Under the pieces are notes generated by a model. The model was not told the origin of the DNA. It made no database searches and worked only from the letters and a program-made list of their open reading frames with translations. From contig CAWGOH010000008.1 of assembly GCA_963824135.1 (NCBI GenBank), positions 22 to 64,021 on the forward strand: 64,000 nt of DNA. Direction: 5' to 3'. A program made the translations under genes and the position numbers. The DNA comes from an uncultured beta proteobacterium (lineage in GTDB: Bacteria; Pseudomonadota; Gammaproteobacteria; Burkholderiales; Usitatibacteraceae). Of this stretch, positions 33,818-42,367 are shown one piece after another; the first letter of the stretch is position 1; each line of letters starts with the position of its first letter.

Positions 33818-34182
33818 TCTCCTGGGCTCCCGGTGCGGCGCTCCTGCGACGATTCCGATGGCAGGGGCGTAAGCGTCCATGCGGCGATCATGCTAGGCGA
33901 GGCGCGGCGCACTGGGTTGCGAGTTGTTACGAATGTGCGTGGTATATGCCGCTCCGCGCATAAGCGTCGCGCCGGCGCGCGCGGCGCGCGCAGCGTTCGT
34001 CGCGCGCGGCGCGATCTGCTCCCGCATCGCGAACGGCTCGTCACAAATTTCGCGGCGCGGCCGACAGCGGGCGCGAGGATTCGCGCGTCGGCACCCGGCC
34101 CCGTGTTCTTTTCCTGGTTACCCATTCGGGCGAGACGCATCGGCGGGCCCGGGCGCCGGCGACCCCGCGAAAGGCCGAAGGC

Positions 34183-34947
34183 GTGAATCCACAGGACATT
34201 CCGGCCCACCTGCGGCCCGAGGGCGGAGCCGCCGCCGCGCGTGCTGCTCGTCGGGCGACGACGCGGGCCGCACGCGCCGCATCGGCGATTACCTGTCGCG
34301 CCACCCGCTGCGGGTCGACCGCGAGCGGCGGGGCGAGGTGGCGCTGGCGCTCGCGCTCGCGCCGGAGCGCGGCCCGGGCCTCGTCGTGATCGAGGCGGAC
34401 GCGCCGGGCCTCGCGGCGCCGGAATTCTGCCGGCGGCTGCGCGCCGGCGGCGGCAGCGCCCCGGTCGTGGTGCTCGCTCGCCACCGGACGACCTGGTCGA
34501 GCAGGTCGCTGTGCCTCGAGCTGGGAGCGGACGCCTGCCTGCCGGGCGACGTACCCGAGCGCCTGCTGTGGGCGCAGCTGAAGGCGATTCTGCGGCGGGC
34601 GCCGGAGCGCGCGCGCGGCGGCGCGGACGAGGGCTCCGAGGTGCCGCGCGGGGGCCTTCGTCCTGGCGCGGCCCGCGATGGCGGTGCGCCGCGGCGAGCG
34701 CAGCGTCGAGCTCACGCCGCACGAGTTCGACTGCGCGTGGCCCTCGCGCGCGCGGCCGGCGCGATCGTGAGCCGCGAGGCGGCCTTCGCGAGGCGATGGG
34801 CCGCGGCGCCCCGTGCGCGATCCGCGAGCGGACGGTCGACGCCTGCATCTCGCGCCTGCGCCGCAAGCTCCTGCGGCTCGACCCGTGCGCGCGGCGCATC
34901 CGCAGCATCCACGGCCGCGGCTACCTGCTCGACGTCGCCGGGCCTGA
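34183..34947 (+). pseudogene. OmpR/PhoB-type response regulator, at least 4 frame breaks; boundaries approximate
   Basis: Receiver-like RVLLVGDDAGRTRRIGDYL..LVVIEADAPG..PVVVLA and wHTH-like ELTPHEFD..IVSREA..RTVDACISRLRRKL..IRSIHGRGYLL are scattered over three frames. There is no in-frame stop before the downstream gene. Confidence 0.5.
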
Positions 34948-35122
34948 GGCTCCCGGGACGAACGGTTCCGGCGCCGGGGCAGGGCGTCCCGCGCGAACAG
35001 GCCGCAACAAAAAAATGCGCGCGGCGGGCCCGCAGGCGATTGTGTTCGCGGCCGGCGTTCGCTATAAATGGCCGCGATGCGTCCGCCCGGTGGGTAGCGG
35101 TTCCAACCACGGGGAGCGAGAC

Positions 35123-37825
35123 ATGAAGAACGGAAGAAGGCCCCTCGCCGCGGCGGTCGCGCGTGCGCTGGGCGTGGCGTGCGCGGTCGCCGCGGCCGGC
35201 CAGGCCGTGGCGCAGGACGCGGCGCAGAAGGTCGAGAAGATCGAGGTCACCGGCTCCAACATCAAGCGCATCGAGGGCGAAGGCTCGCTCCCGGTGACGG
35301 TGATCACCCGCGACGACATCGAGCGCTCCGGCGCCACGACGCCCATGGAGCTGCTCAAGTTCGTGAGCGCCAACAACAGCCTGGGCGACGTCTCGCTCGC
35401 GAACGTGATCGGCTCGGCCACCTTCTCCGCGCAGACGGCGTCGCTGCGCGGCCTGGGCGGCGGGCGCACGCTCGTCCTCGTGAACGGCAAGCGCATCGAC
35501 GGCTTCGCGGGCGAGGTGCAGGGCGTGCAGGGGGTGAACCTCGCGGCCATTCCCTTCTCGGCCATCCAGCGGGTCGAGGTGCTCAAGGACGGCGCCTCGG
35601 CCATCTACGGCTCGGACGCGATCGGCGGCGTGATCAACTTCATCATGCGCTCCGACTACCGCGGCGGGGAGGCGATGGCCTGGTACGGCAGCCCCACGCG
35701 GGCCGGGGGCGGCGAGCAGCTGCGCGCGAGCGGCACCGCCGGCTTCGGCGACCTCTCGAGCGACGGCCACAACGTGGTGTTCTCGCTCTCCTACGACAAG
35801 CAGAAGAGCCTCGACCAGCGCGACCGCAACTTCTCCAACACCTCCTACCGGCCCGAGCTGGGGCTGGTGGCGATCTCCAGCAACAGCTTCCCGGGCCGGA
35901 TCACGACGGGCGGCATCGGCGTGCCCGGTACGCCGGACAACTGCGCGCCCACGACCTACTTCGCCGACCTCGAGGGCTGCTACTACGATCCTTCCGCGAT
36001 CGAGGGCGTGCAGATGGTCCCCGACAACGAGAAGTGGAACTTCTTCGGCTCGGCGCGCTTCCAGCTGAACGCCGACACCCAGGCGTACGCGACGGTGCTC
36101 GCCTCGCGCGACGAGAACCGCTACGTGATCCAGTCGGTGCCGATCTCGAACCTCTTCAACTACGGCCCCAACGGGGACATCCCGGCGACCGTCACCGTGA
36201 GCCCGTCGAGCCCCTTCTACCCCACGGCGCTCGCGCAGGCCGCGGGAGTCGCGGGACAGGTGCTCAACGTGCGCTACCGGGCGGTGGAAAACGGGCTTCG
36301 CGACTCCACCGACACGAACGAGAACGGGCAGGTGGTCGCCGGGCTCAAGGGGGCGTGGAAGGGCTTCGACTGGGATGCCGCCGCGTTCTACAGCCGGGGC
36401 ACGACGAAGAACCACCTGAACGGGGGCTTCCCGCTCTACACGCAGCTGCTCCCGCTGCTCAACGGCGGCACCGTGAACCTCTTCGCGCCCAACACGCCGG
36501 AGGTCGTCGCGCAGCTCCAGGCCACGAACTACGTGGGCGACACCTTCAACGGGACCTCGAAGAACGGCGGCGTGCAGGCCCTGGCCTCCGGGGAGATCGC
36601 GAAGCTCCCGGCCGGGGCCCTCGCGGTGGCCTTCGGCGTCGAGGCGAGGCGCGAGTCCCTGGACCAGGTGCCCGAGCCCGTGCTCGCCACGGGCGACCTC
36701 TCCGGGTTCGGCGGCAACATCCTGCCGGTGCACGTCTCGCGCGACATCCGCGCGGTGTTCGCCGAGATGGTCGTGCCGGTCGCCAAGGGGTTCGAGGCGA
36801 CGCTGGCGCTGCGCAGCGACCATTACAGCGACTTCGGCCGCACGACCAACCCGAAGGCGAGCTTCCGCTGGGAGCCGGACAAGCGGCTGCTGTTCCGCGC
36901 CTCCTACGGGGAAGGCTTCCTCGCCCCTTCGCTCTACCAGCTCTTCACGCCCAACATCTCCGGCGTGACGGCCACGGGGCAATCGGACCCGGTCCGCTGC
37001 CCGGTCACCCAGGACACCGGGCTCGACTGCGAAACGCAGTTCGCGGTCACCTTCGGCGGCAACGCGCAGCTCAAGCCCGAGGAGAGCAAGCAGTGGAGCC
37101 TGGGGTTCGTCACCGAGCCCTTCGCGGGCGCTTCCCTGGGCGTGGACTACTTCAACCTGCGCCTGGACGACGCGATCACCAACGGGATCCCCTACGCCAC
37201 GATCCTGGGCGACCTGGCGCAGTACGGCCACCTCGTCACGCGCGGCGCCCCGGACCCCGCGTTCCCCGGCCTGCCGGGCCGGATCATCGACATCGACCAG
37301 ACCTACATCAACCTGGGTTCGCTGAAGATCGAGGGGATCGACCTCGACTTCCACTACGTGGCGCGCGCGGCCTCGTGGGGAAGCCTGCGCTTCGACCTGG
37401 CGGGCACCTACTACATCCGCTACGACGCCCAGAACTCCGACGGGACCTACTCCGGCTTCGTCTCGAACCAGTACGGCGCGGTCATCACCGGCATCATCCC
37501 CCGGTGGAAGCACTACGCGTCCGTGACCTGGGCGAACGGCCCGTGGTCGGCCACGCTGGGGAACCTCTACCAGTCGAGCTACGTGGACGCGGGGACCGAC
37601 GGCGAGGACAACCTGCGCCGGGTGAGCTCGATGAGCCTGTGGGACGCGCAGGTGGCCTACAAGGGCTGGCGCAACCTCACCCTCACGCTCGGGGTGAAGA
37701 ACGCCTTCGACACCGACCCGCCCCAGTCCAACCAGGGCAACTCCTTCCAGGTGGGCTTCGACCCCTCCTACTACGACTCGCGGGCCCGGTTCGTCTACGG
37801 CAGCGTCGCCTACACGTTCAAATAG
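35123..37825 (+). CDS. TonB-dependent outer-membrane receptor
   Basis: Intact 900-aa ORF. Signal peptide, plug motifs (IEVTGSNIKR, LRGLGGGRTLVLVNGKR, VEVLKDGASAIYGSDAIGGVINF) and a beta-barrel with a C-terminal ..YGSVAYTFK. Confidence 0.9.
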   Translation: MKNGRRPLAAAVARALGVACAVAAAGQAVAQDAAQKVEKIEVTGSNIKRIEGEGSLPVTVITRDDIERSGATTPMELLKFVSANNSLGDVSLANVIGSATFSAQTASLRGLGGGRTLVLVNGKRIDGFAGEVQGVQGVNLAAIPFSAIQRVEVLKDGASAIYGSDAIGGVINFIMRSDYRGGEAMAWYGSPTRAGGGEQLRASGTAGFGDLSSDGHNVVFSLSYDKQKSLDQRDRNFSNTSYRPELGLVAISSNSFPGRITTGGIGVPGTPDNCAPTTYFADLEGCYYDPSAIEGVQMVPDNEKWNFFGSARFQLNADTQAYATVLASRDENRYVIQSVPISNLFNYGPNGDIPATVTVSPSSPFYPTALAQAAGVAGQVLNVRYRAVENGLRDSTDTNENGQVVAGLKGAWKGFDWDAAAFYSRGTTKNHLNGGFPLYTQLLPLLNGGTVNLFAPNTPEVVAQLQATNYVGDTFNGTSKNGGVQALASGEIAKLPAGALAVAFGVEARRESLDQVPEPVLATGDLSGFGGNILPVHVSRDIRAVFAEMVVPVAKGFEATLALRSDHYSDFGRTTNPKASFRWEPDKRLLFRASYGEGFLAPSLYQLFTPNISGVTATGQSDPVRCPVTQDTGLDCETQFAVTFGGNAQLKPEESKQWSLGFVTEPFAGASLGVDYFNLRLDDAITNGIPYATILGDLAQYGHLVTRGAPDPAFPGLPGRIIDIDQTYINLGSLKIEGIDLDFHYVARAASWGSLRFDLAGTYYIRYDAQNSDGTYSGFVSNQYGAVITGIIPRWKHYASVTWANGPWSATLGNLYQSSYVDAGTDGEDNLRRVSSMSLWDAQVAYKGWRNLTLTLGVKNAFDTDPPQSNQGNSFQVGFDPSYYDSRARFVYGSVAYTFK

Positions 37826-37883
37826 GCGGCTGGCGAGGGGGACGCGAAAACGCTATAATTTCGAGCTTTCCGCGTCACCCCTC

Positions 37884-37959
<76 letters not shown>

Positions 37960-37969
37960 AATTCCCCTG

Positions 37970-37997
37970 AAAGCCCGCTTTCCGAGCGGGCTTTTTC
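37970..37997 (+). terminator. Rho-independent terminator after tRNA-Phe
   Basis: AAAGCCCGC-tttccga-GCGGGCTTT followed by TTC. Confidence 0.6.
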
Positions 37998-38150
37998 TTG
38001 GCCGCGGGCTTCTTCCAATGGCGGGCGGCCCGGGCCTTCGCAAGTTGATCCTCGCGAAGCCGCAATGAGATAATCGGCGACTTCTCCGAACGCATCCCTC
38101 CCGATCGCCCCTCCCCCCGAACGTCCCTCCCGAAGGAAGGCCTCCCGCCC

Positions 38151-39532
38151 ATGACCACCCCCATCGACCTGCTGAAAATCGCCCAGGAAGAGCAAAGCGG
38201 CGACCTGTTCAAGCTGCTCGACTCGATCTACAAGCGCTCCGCCGTGAGGCCCGCGGGCTACCCCGACGCCATCATCTGGGAGGGCGGCAACGCCGCGGGC
38301 GGCGTGAAGCCGGTGGCCCACGCCTTCACCGACATGTTCGCGCTCAACGGGACCCTCATGGCCCTGGACGTGCTGGGCCTGCCCTTCCTCGGCGTGCCGA
38401 TGATGGCCCAGTTCCGCCACGACACGAAGCTCGTCTCGCTGGAGTGGTTCGGCAAGCTCGACTACACCGCGCTCAAGTGGTCCACGGCCGGCGACTTCAT
38501 GGTGAACGACGGCGGCAGGAAGGTCGTGGTGGCCGGCAAGTCCGCCAACGCGCCGCTGCGCACGGCCGCGGGCGTCTACTGCAACGTCCGGCCCTACGGC
38601 GGCATCACCAACGTGCGCTTCATGCCGGGCCTGCCCTATTCGCAGGACAACAGGAAGTTCCGGGTCGATCCGGAAACCGGCAACGTCCACTCCGAGATGA
38701 ACACGCCCGGCGTGCGCATGGCGTACGCGGCGCGGCTCTTCCTGCAGATGGTGCACGAGACCGGGCCACATCGGCCGCGTCGCCACGAAGCCGACGCAGG
38801 CGAAGGAGGACGCGGTCAATGCCGGCCTCTTCCGGTGGCTCCTCCAGGGCACGAAATTCCAGCTGAAGCGCCGCTACACCGTCGACGCCTACGAGGAGCA
38901 CCGCAAGAACGTCGACGCCATCGTCGCCCTGCTGCCCAAGGACTTCAAGGCGGGCATGGAGAACTGGGGCGGCGAGGTCTACGAGCACATCTCGGACACC
39001 AACTTCGGCATCATGCTGCACGACATGATCCGGCAGCGGCCGTGCATCGTCTATTCCACGGACCTGGACGGCGACCGCCTGACCGACCTCATGGCCGATG
39101 CGGCCGACGTGCTGCGGGACTGGGGCCAGATCGTGCTGGACAGGGTCGGCGCCAAGGTCGACATGAAGAAGCTCTGGAAGGACATGGGCTTCACCATGAC
39201 CAACGGCAAGGACATGACCAGCGTCATGTACCGCATCCACGGCGAGCCGATCTACGAGCAGACCCTGGGCTCGGCCGACGCGATGCTGCTCCGGCTCCTC
39301 GACGGCGACGAGACCGTGGGCGGCGAGAAGCAGCCCTACGACCCGCGCATCCACTTCGTGCTGATCAACGAGGCGTACAAGGCGGCCAACCCCGGGCAAC
39401 GCGAAGCTCGCCGCCTGGCTGGACGCGCAGCTCGCGATCTTCGATTCCATCTACGGCGCCAAGCGCCCGCGCTACATCGACGGGTACAAGCAGCTCAAGG
39501 CGGCGATCAAGCCCTGGGGGAGCGCGGCCTGA
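38151..39532 (+). CDS. Hypothetical cytoplasmic protein of about 460 aa, no family recognised (two frame breaks near 38765 and 39400)
   Basis: Coding-like composition in three consecutive frames (MTTPIDLLKIAQEEQ.. / HIGRVATKPTQAKEDAVNAGLF..ENWGGEVYEHISDTNFGIMLHD.. / NAKLAAWLDAQLAIFDSIYGAKRP..-stop). GAAGGAAGG lies before the ATG. No signal peptide. Confidence 0.6.
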
Positions 39533-39595
39533 TCCAAAGCAGCAGCGGCAACAAGCGCCGATCGGCGCGATAACTACAACTACAGGAGGATCTCC

Positions 39596-40571
39596 ATGAG
39601 TCTCGCCAAGTGCAGGCACGCAGTGGGTTTGATCGCATCGGCAGCCATGCTGGCGGCCATGCCGGTTTCCGCGCAGAAGTACCCGGACAGGACGATCACC
39701 ATGATCGTCCCCTTCGGCGCCGGCGGCTCCACCGACATCGTCGGCCGCATCGCCGCTGAAGCCATGTCCAGGTCCCTGGGCGTTTCCGTGATCGTGGAGA
39801 ACCGGGGCGGCGCCGGCGGCACGGTCGGCACGCAGGCGGCGGCCAACGCGGCGCCCGACGGCTACACGATCACGATGGCGACGACGAGCACCCACGTCGT
39901 GGGCCCGCTCACCGTCGAGACGGTCAAGTACGACCCGGTCAAGGACTTCGAGCCCGTCGGCATGATCGCGGAGACGCCGTACGTCCTGGTGGTGAGCCCC
40001 AAGCTCGCCGTGAATTCGGTCAAGGAACTGATCGACTACGCGAAGAAGAACCCGGGCAAGCTCAACTACGGCTCCGCCGGACAGGGCTCCACCACGCACC
40101 TGGCGGGCCTCATGTTCCTGGACGCGACGGGCACGAAGATGGAGCACGTCCCGTACAAGAGCAACGCCGACTCGACCAAGGCGGTGATGACCGACGAGGT
40201 GCAGGTGCTCTTCGGCTCCATGCCGGCGGTGCTCGCGCAGATCAAGGCGGGCACCATCAAGGCCCTGGCGGTCGGCTCCACGGTCCGCTCGCCCGAGCTG
40301 CCCGACGTGATGACCATGCAGGATGCCGGCGTCCCCGGCTATCGCGCGACCCTCTGGCTGGGCCTTTCGGCGCCCGCCAGGACCCCCGCCAGCGTGATCG
40401 ACCCGCCTGAGCGCGGCGCTGGACCAGGCCCTGGCGGAACCGGCGGTGGCCAAGCGCCTTTCGGCCGCCGGCGCGGAGCCCTCGAAGATGACTCCCGCCG
40501 AGTTCGGCAAGCTGATCTCCAGCGAAATGGGCGTGTACGGCAAGATCGTGGCCGGGATGAAGAAGAAGTGA
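39596..40571 (+). CDS. Bug-family (TctC-like) substrate-binding protein (one frame break near 40395)
   Basis: Signal peptide plus YPDRTITMIVPFGAGGSTDIVGR..ENRGGAGGTVG..PDGYTITM..NYGSAGQGSTTHLAG..VPYKS. The C-terminus MTPAEFGKLISSEMGVYGKIV is in the next frame. Confidence 0.8.
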
Positions 40572-41266
40572 CCGCTTCCAGCGCCGGTTTCGTCTTCCAG
40601 CCCGTCGAGGCGCCCAGCCTTCCGGTGCGCGGCTCGGCGTTGCGGCTCCCCGTGAACCGCATCTACTGCATCGGCCGCAACTACGAGGCGCACGCGGTGG
40701 AAATGGGGCACGACCCCAGCAAGGAGCCGCCGTTCTTCTTCCAGAAGAACCCGGGCAACCTCCTGTGCGGCCGGGATTTTCCCTATCCCCCGGAGACCTC
40801 CGACGTCCATCACGAGATCGAGATGGTCGCCGCGCTCTCGAAGGGCGGGAAGAACATCGCCGTCGCCGACGCGCTCGGCCACGTCTTCGGCTACGGCGTG
40901 GGCCTGGACATGACCCGCCGCGACCTGCAGGGCGAGGCGAAGAAGCTCGGCCGCCCCTGGGAGGTCGGCAAGGCGTTCGAGCACTCCGCGCCCTGCAGCG
41001 AGATCGTCCCGGCGAGCGAGATCGGCCACCCGGACCACGGCGCCATCTGGCTCAAGGTCAACGGGGAGGTCCGCCAGAAGGGCGACCTCAACCAGATGAT
41101 CTGGAAGACGGCCGAGCAGGTCGCGATCCTGTCCCGGTACTTCGAGCTCCAGCCCGGCGACGTCATCTTCACCGGGACGCCCTCGGGCGTGGGCCCCGTC
41201 AAGCGCGGCGACGAGATGGAGGGGTTCGTGGAGGGGGTCGGCAGCCTGCAACTGCGGGTCGTGTAG
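40568..41266 (+). CDS. Fumarylacetoacetate hydrolase (FAH) family protein (acylpyruvate/fumarylpyruvate hydrolase-like)
   Basis: Intact 232 aa. RIYCIGRNYEAHAVEMG, HHEIEMVAAL, GYGVGLDMTRRDLQ and PGDVIFTGTPSGVG are FAH-fold motifs. The GTG start overlaps the Bug gene stop (GTGA). Confidence 0.85.
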   Translation: MTASSAGFVFQPVEAPSLPVRGSALRLPVNRIYCIGRNYEAHAVEMGHDPSKEPPFFFQKNPGNLLCGRDFPYPPETSDVHHEIEMVAALSKGGKNIAVADALGHVFGYGVGLDMTRRDLQGEAKKLGRPWEVGKAFEHSAPCSEIVPASEIGHPDHGAIWLKVNGEVRQKGDLNQMIWKTAEQVAILSRYFELQPGDVIFTGTPSGVGPVKRGDEMEGFVEGVGSLQLRVV

Positions 41267-41428
41267 GCCCGCGCCCCGGGAACGCGCGAAGCCCGCCCCG
41301 CCCGGGCTTGCGTGCGGGCCCCGGGTTGGCCTAAGCTCCCCCGGCAAGAAGTGCGCACAGGGTCCTAGGGACCCCGCGAGGGCCGTAGCCGTCGCAAGCA
41401 ACAACGAGAGCCTGGGAGGGTTTACAAG

Positions 41429-42280
41429 ATGAGCTCAAGCAAGTACGGCAGCAAACTCGACACGCAGATCGACGATTATCTCCTCGCCGCCAGCGGGCAC
41501 CTGAAGGAGACCACGAAGCCGGCCGCCGGCCGGGGCGCGGTGGCCTTCGGCGCCGCCGCGAGCTCCGCGCTCGCCATGATGTCCCAGGCCGAGGCGGCCG
41601 TCGTGGTGAACGGCGGGTCGCCTCTTCCGGTCACGGTCTTCAACGGGGCCGGAACCACCTCGATCAGCGGGGACATGATGGGGCGGCGGCTCGATGTGGA
41701 CGGCAACGGAGTCTTCGATTTCGCCATCTGGGGCTACTCCACGCAAGGGAACGTCGGCATGGCCGCGGGCAACGTCAACGCGTCCATGATCGGTGGCGGC
41801 AGCGACGACCTGCTGAAGCTCTCCGCCGGCGCGACGATCGGGCCCGCCCGGCCCGCGACTTCCTGGACCCAGAGCGTGATGGGCACGGGGAACGATATCG
41901 CGTTCAGTGTCGGGAACGGCGCCAACAACTGGTCCGGCGGGGTGGGGGAGTTCGGCTTCGTCGGGGTCCGGTTCGACAACGCCTCCGGCACCCACTACGG
42001 CTGGGTATGCCTGCGTTCCGACCCCTCGGTCCCCAGCCAGATCACGGCCGTGGCATACGCCTTCGAGTCCGTCGCCGACACGATGATCCTGGCGGGCGAT
42101 ATCGGGTCCGGCGGGCCCAGGGCCTGCGATGCGGCTCTCGGCGCCTTGGGCGGCGCCAACGCGGTTCCCGCCATCGGGCCGGTTGCCTACGGACTGACGG
42201 CCCTGGCGCTCGGCGCCCTCGGGATGGGCGGCCTGCGCCGCCGCCGCGAAGGTCTGAAGCCCGTCAACACGGCGCACTGA
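41429..42280 (+). CDS. Secreted protein with a PEP-CTERM-like (V-P-x-x-x-P variant) C-terminal sorting signal
   Basis: Intact 283 aa. N-terminal signal-like AVAFGAAASSALAMMSQAEA, core motif GFVGVRFDNASGTHYGWVCL, and C-terminus VPAIGP + VAYGLTALALGALGMGGL + RRRRE. GGGAGGG lies 8 nt before the ATG. Confidence 0.65.
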   Translation: MSSSKYGSKLDTQIDDYLLAASGHLKETTKPAAGRGAVAFGAAASSALAMMSQAEAAVVVNGGSPLPVTVFNGAGTTSISGDMMGRRLDVDGNGVFDFAIWGYSTQGNVGMAAGNVNASMIGGGSDDLLKLSAGATIGPARPATSWTQSVMGTGNDIAFSVGNGANNWSGGVGEFGFVGVRFDNASGTHYGWVCLRSDPSVPSQITAVAYAFESVADTMILAGDIGSGGPRACDAALGALGGANAVPAIGPVAYGLTALALGALGMGGLRRRREGLKPVNTAH

Positions 42281-42302
42281 CCCCCAGGGGGCCGCCGGAT
42301 CG

Positions 42303-42336
42303 AATGCCCCAGGCCCGCGCCTGGGGCATTTTCGTT
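42303..42336 (+). terminator. Strong intrinsic terminator/attenuator between the sorted-protein gene and the sulfotransferase gene
   Basis: Perfect 12-bp stem AATGCCCCAGGC-ccgc-GCCTGGGGCATT followed by TTCGTT. Confidence 0.65.
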
Positions 42337-42367
42337 CCGGTGCCCGGATTCCGCCTCGAGGCCTTCG

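Noticed and set aside
35009-35015. A7 homopolymer upstream of the TonB-dependent receptor gene
   Set aside because: It is intergenic, about 108 nt from the start codon and short. There is no evidence that it is more than an AT-rich promoter-region element.
41355-41385. Palindrome GGGTCC-TAG-GGACCC upstream of the sorted-protein gene as an operator
   Set aside because: It is a single 6-bp-arm occurrence in GC-rich DNA with no second copy in the window. That is too weak to call.
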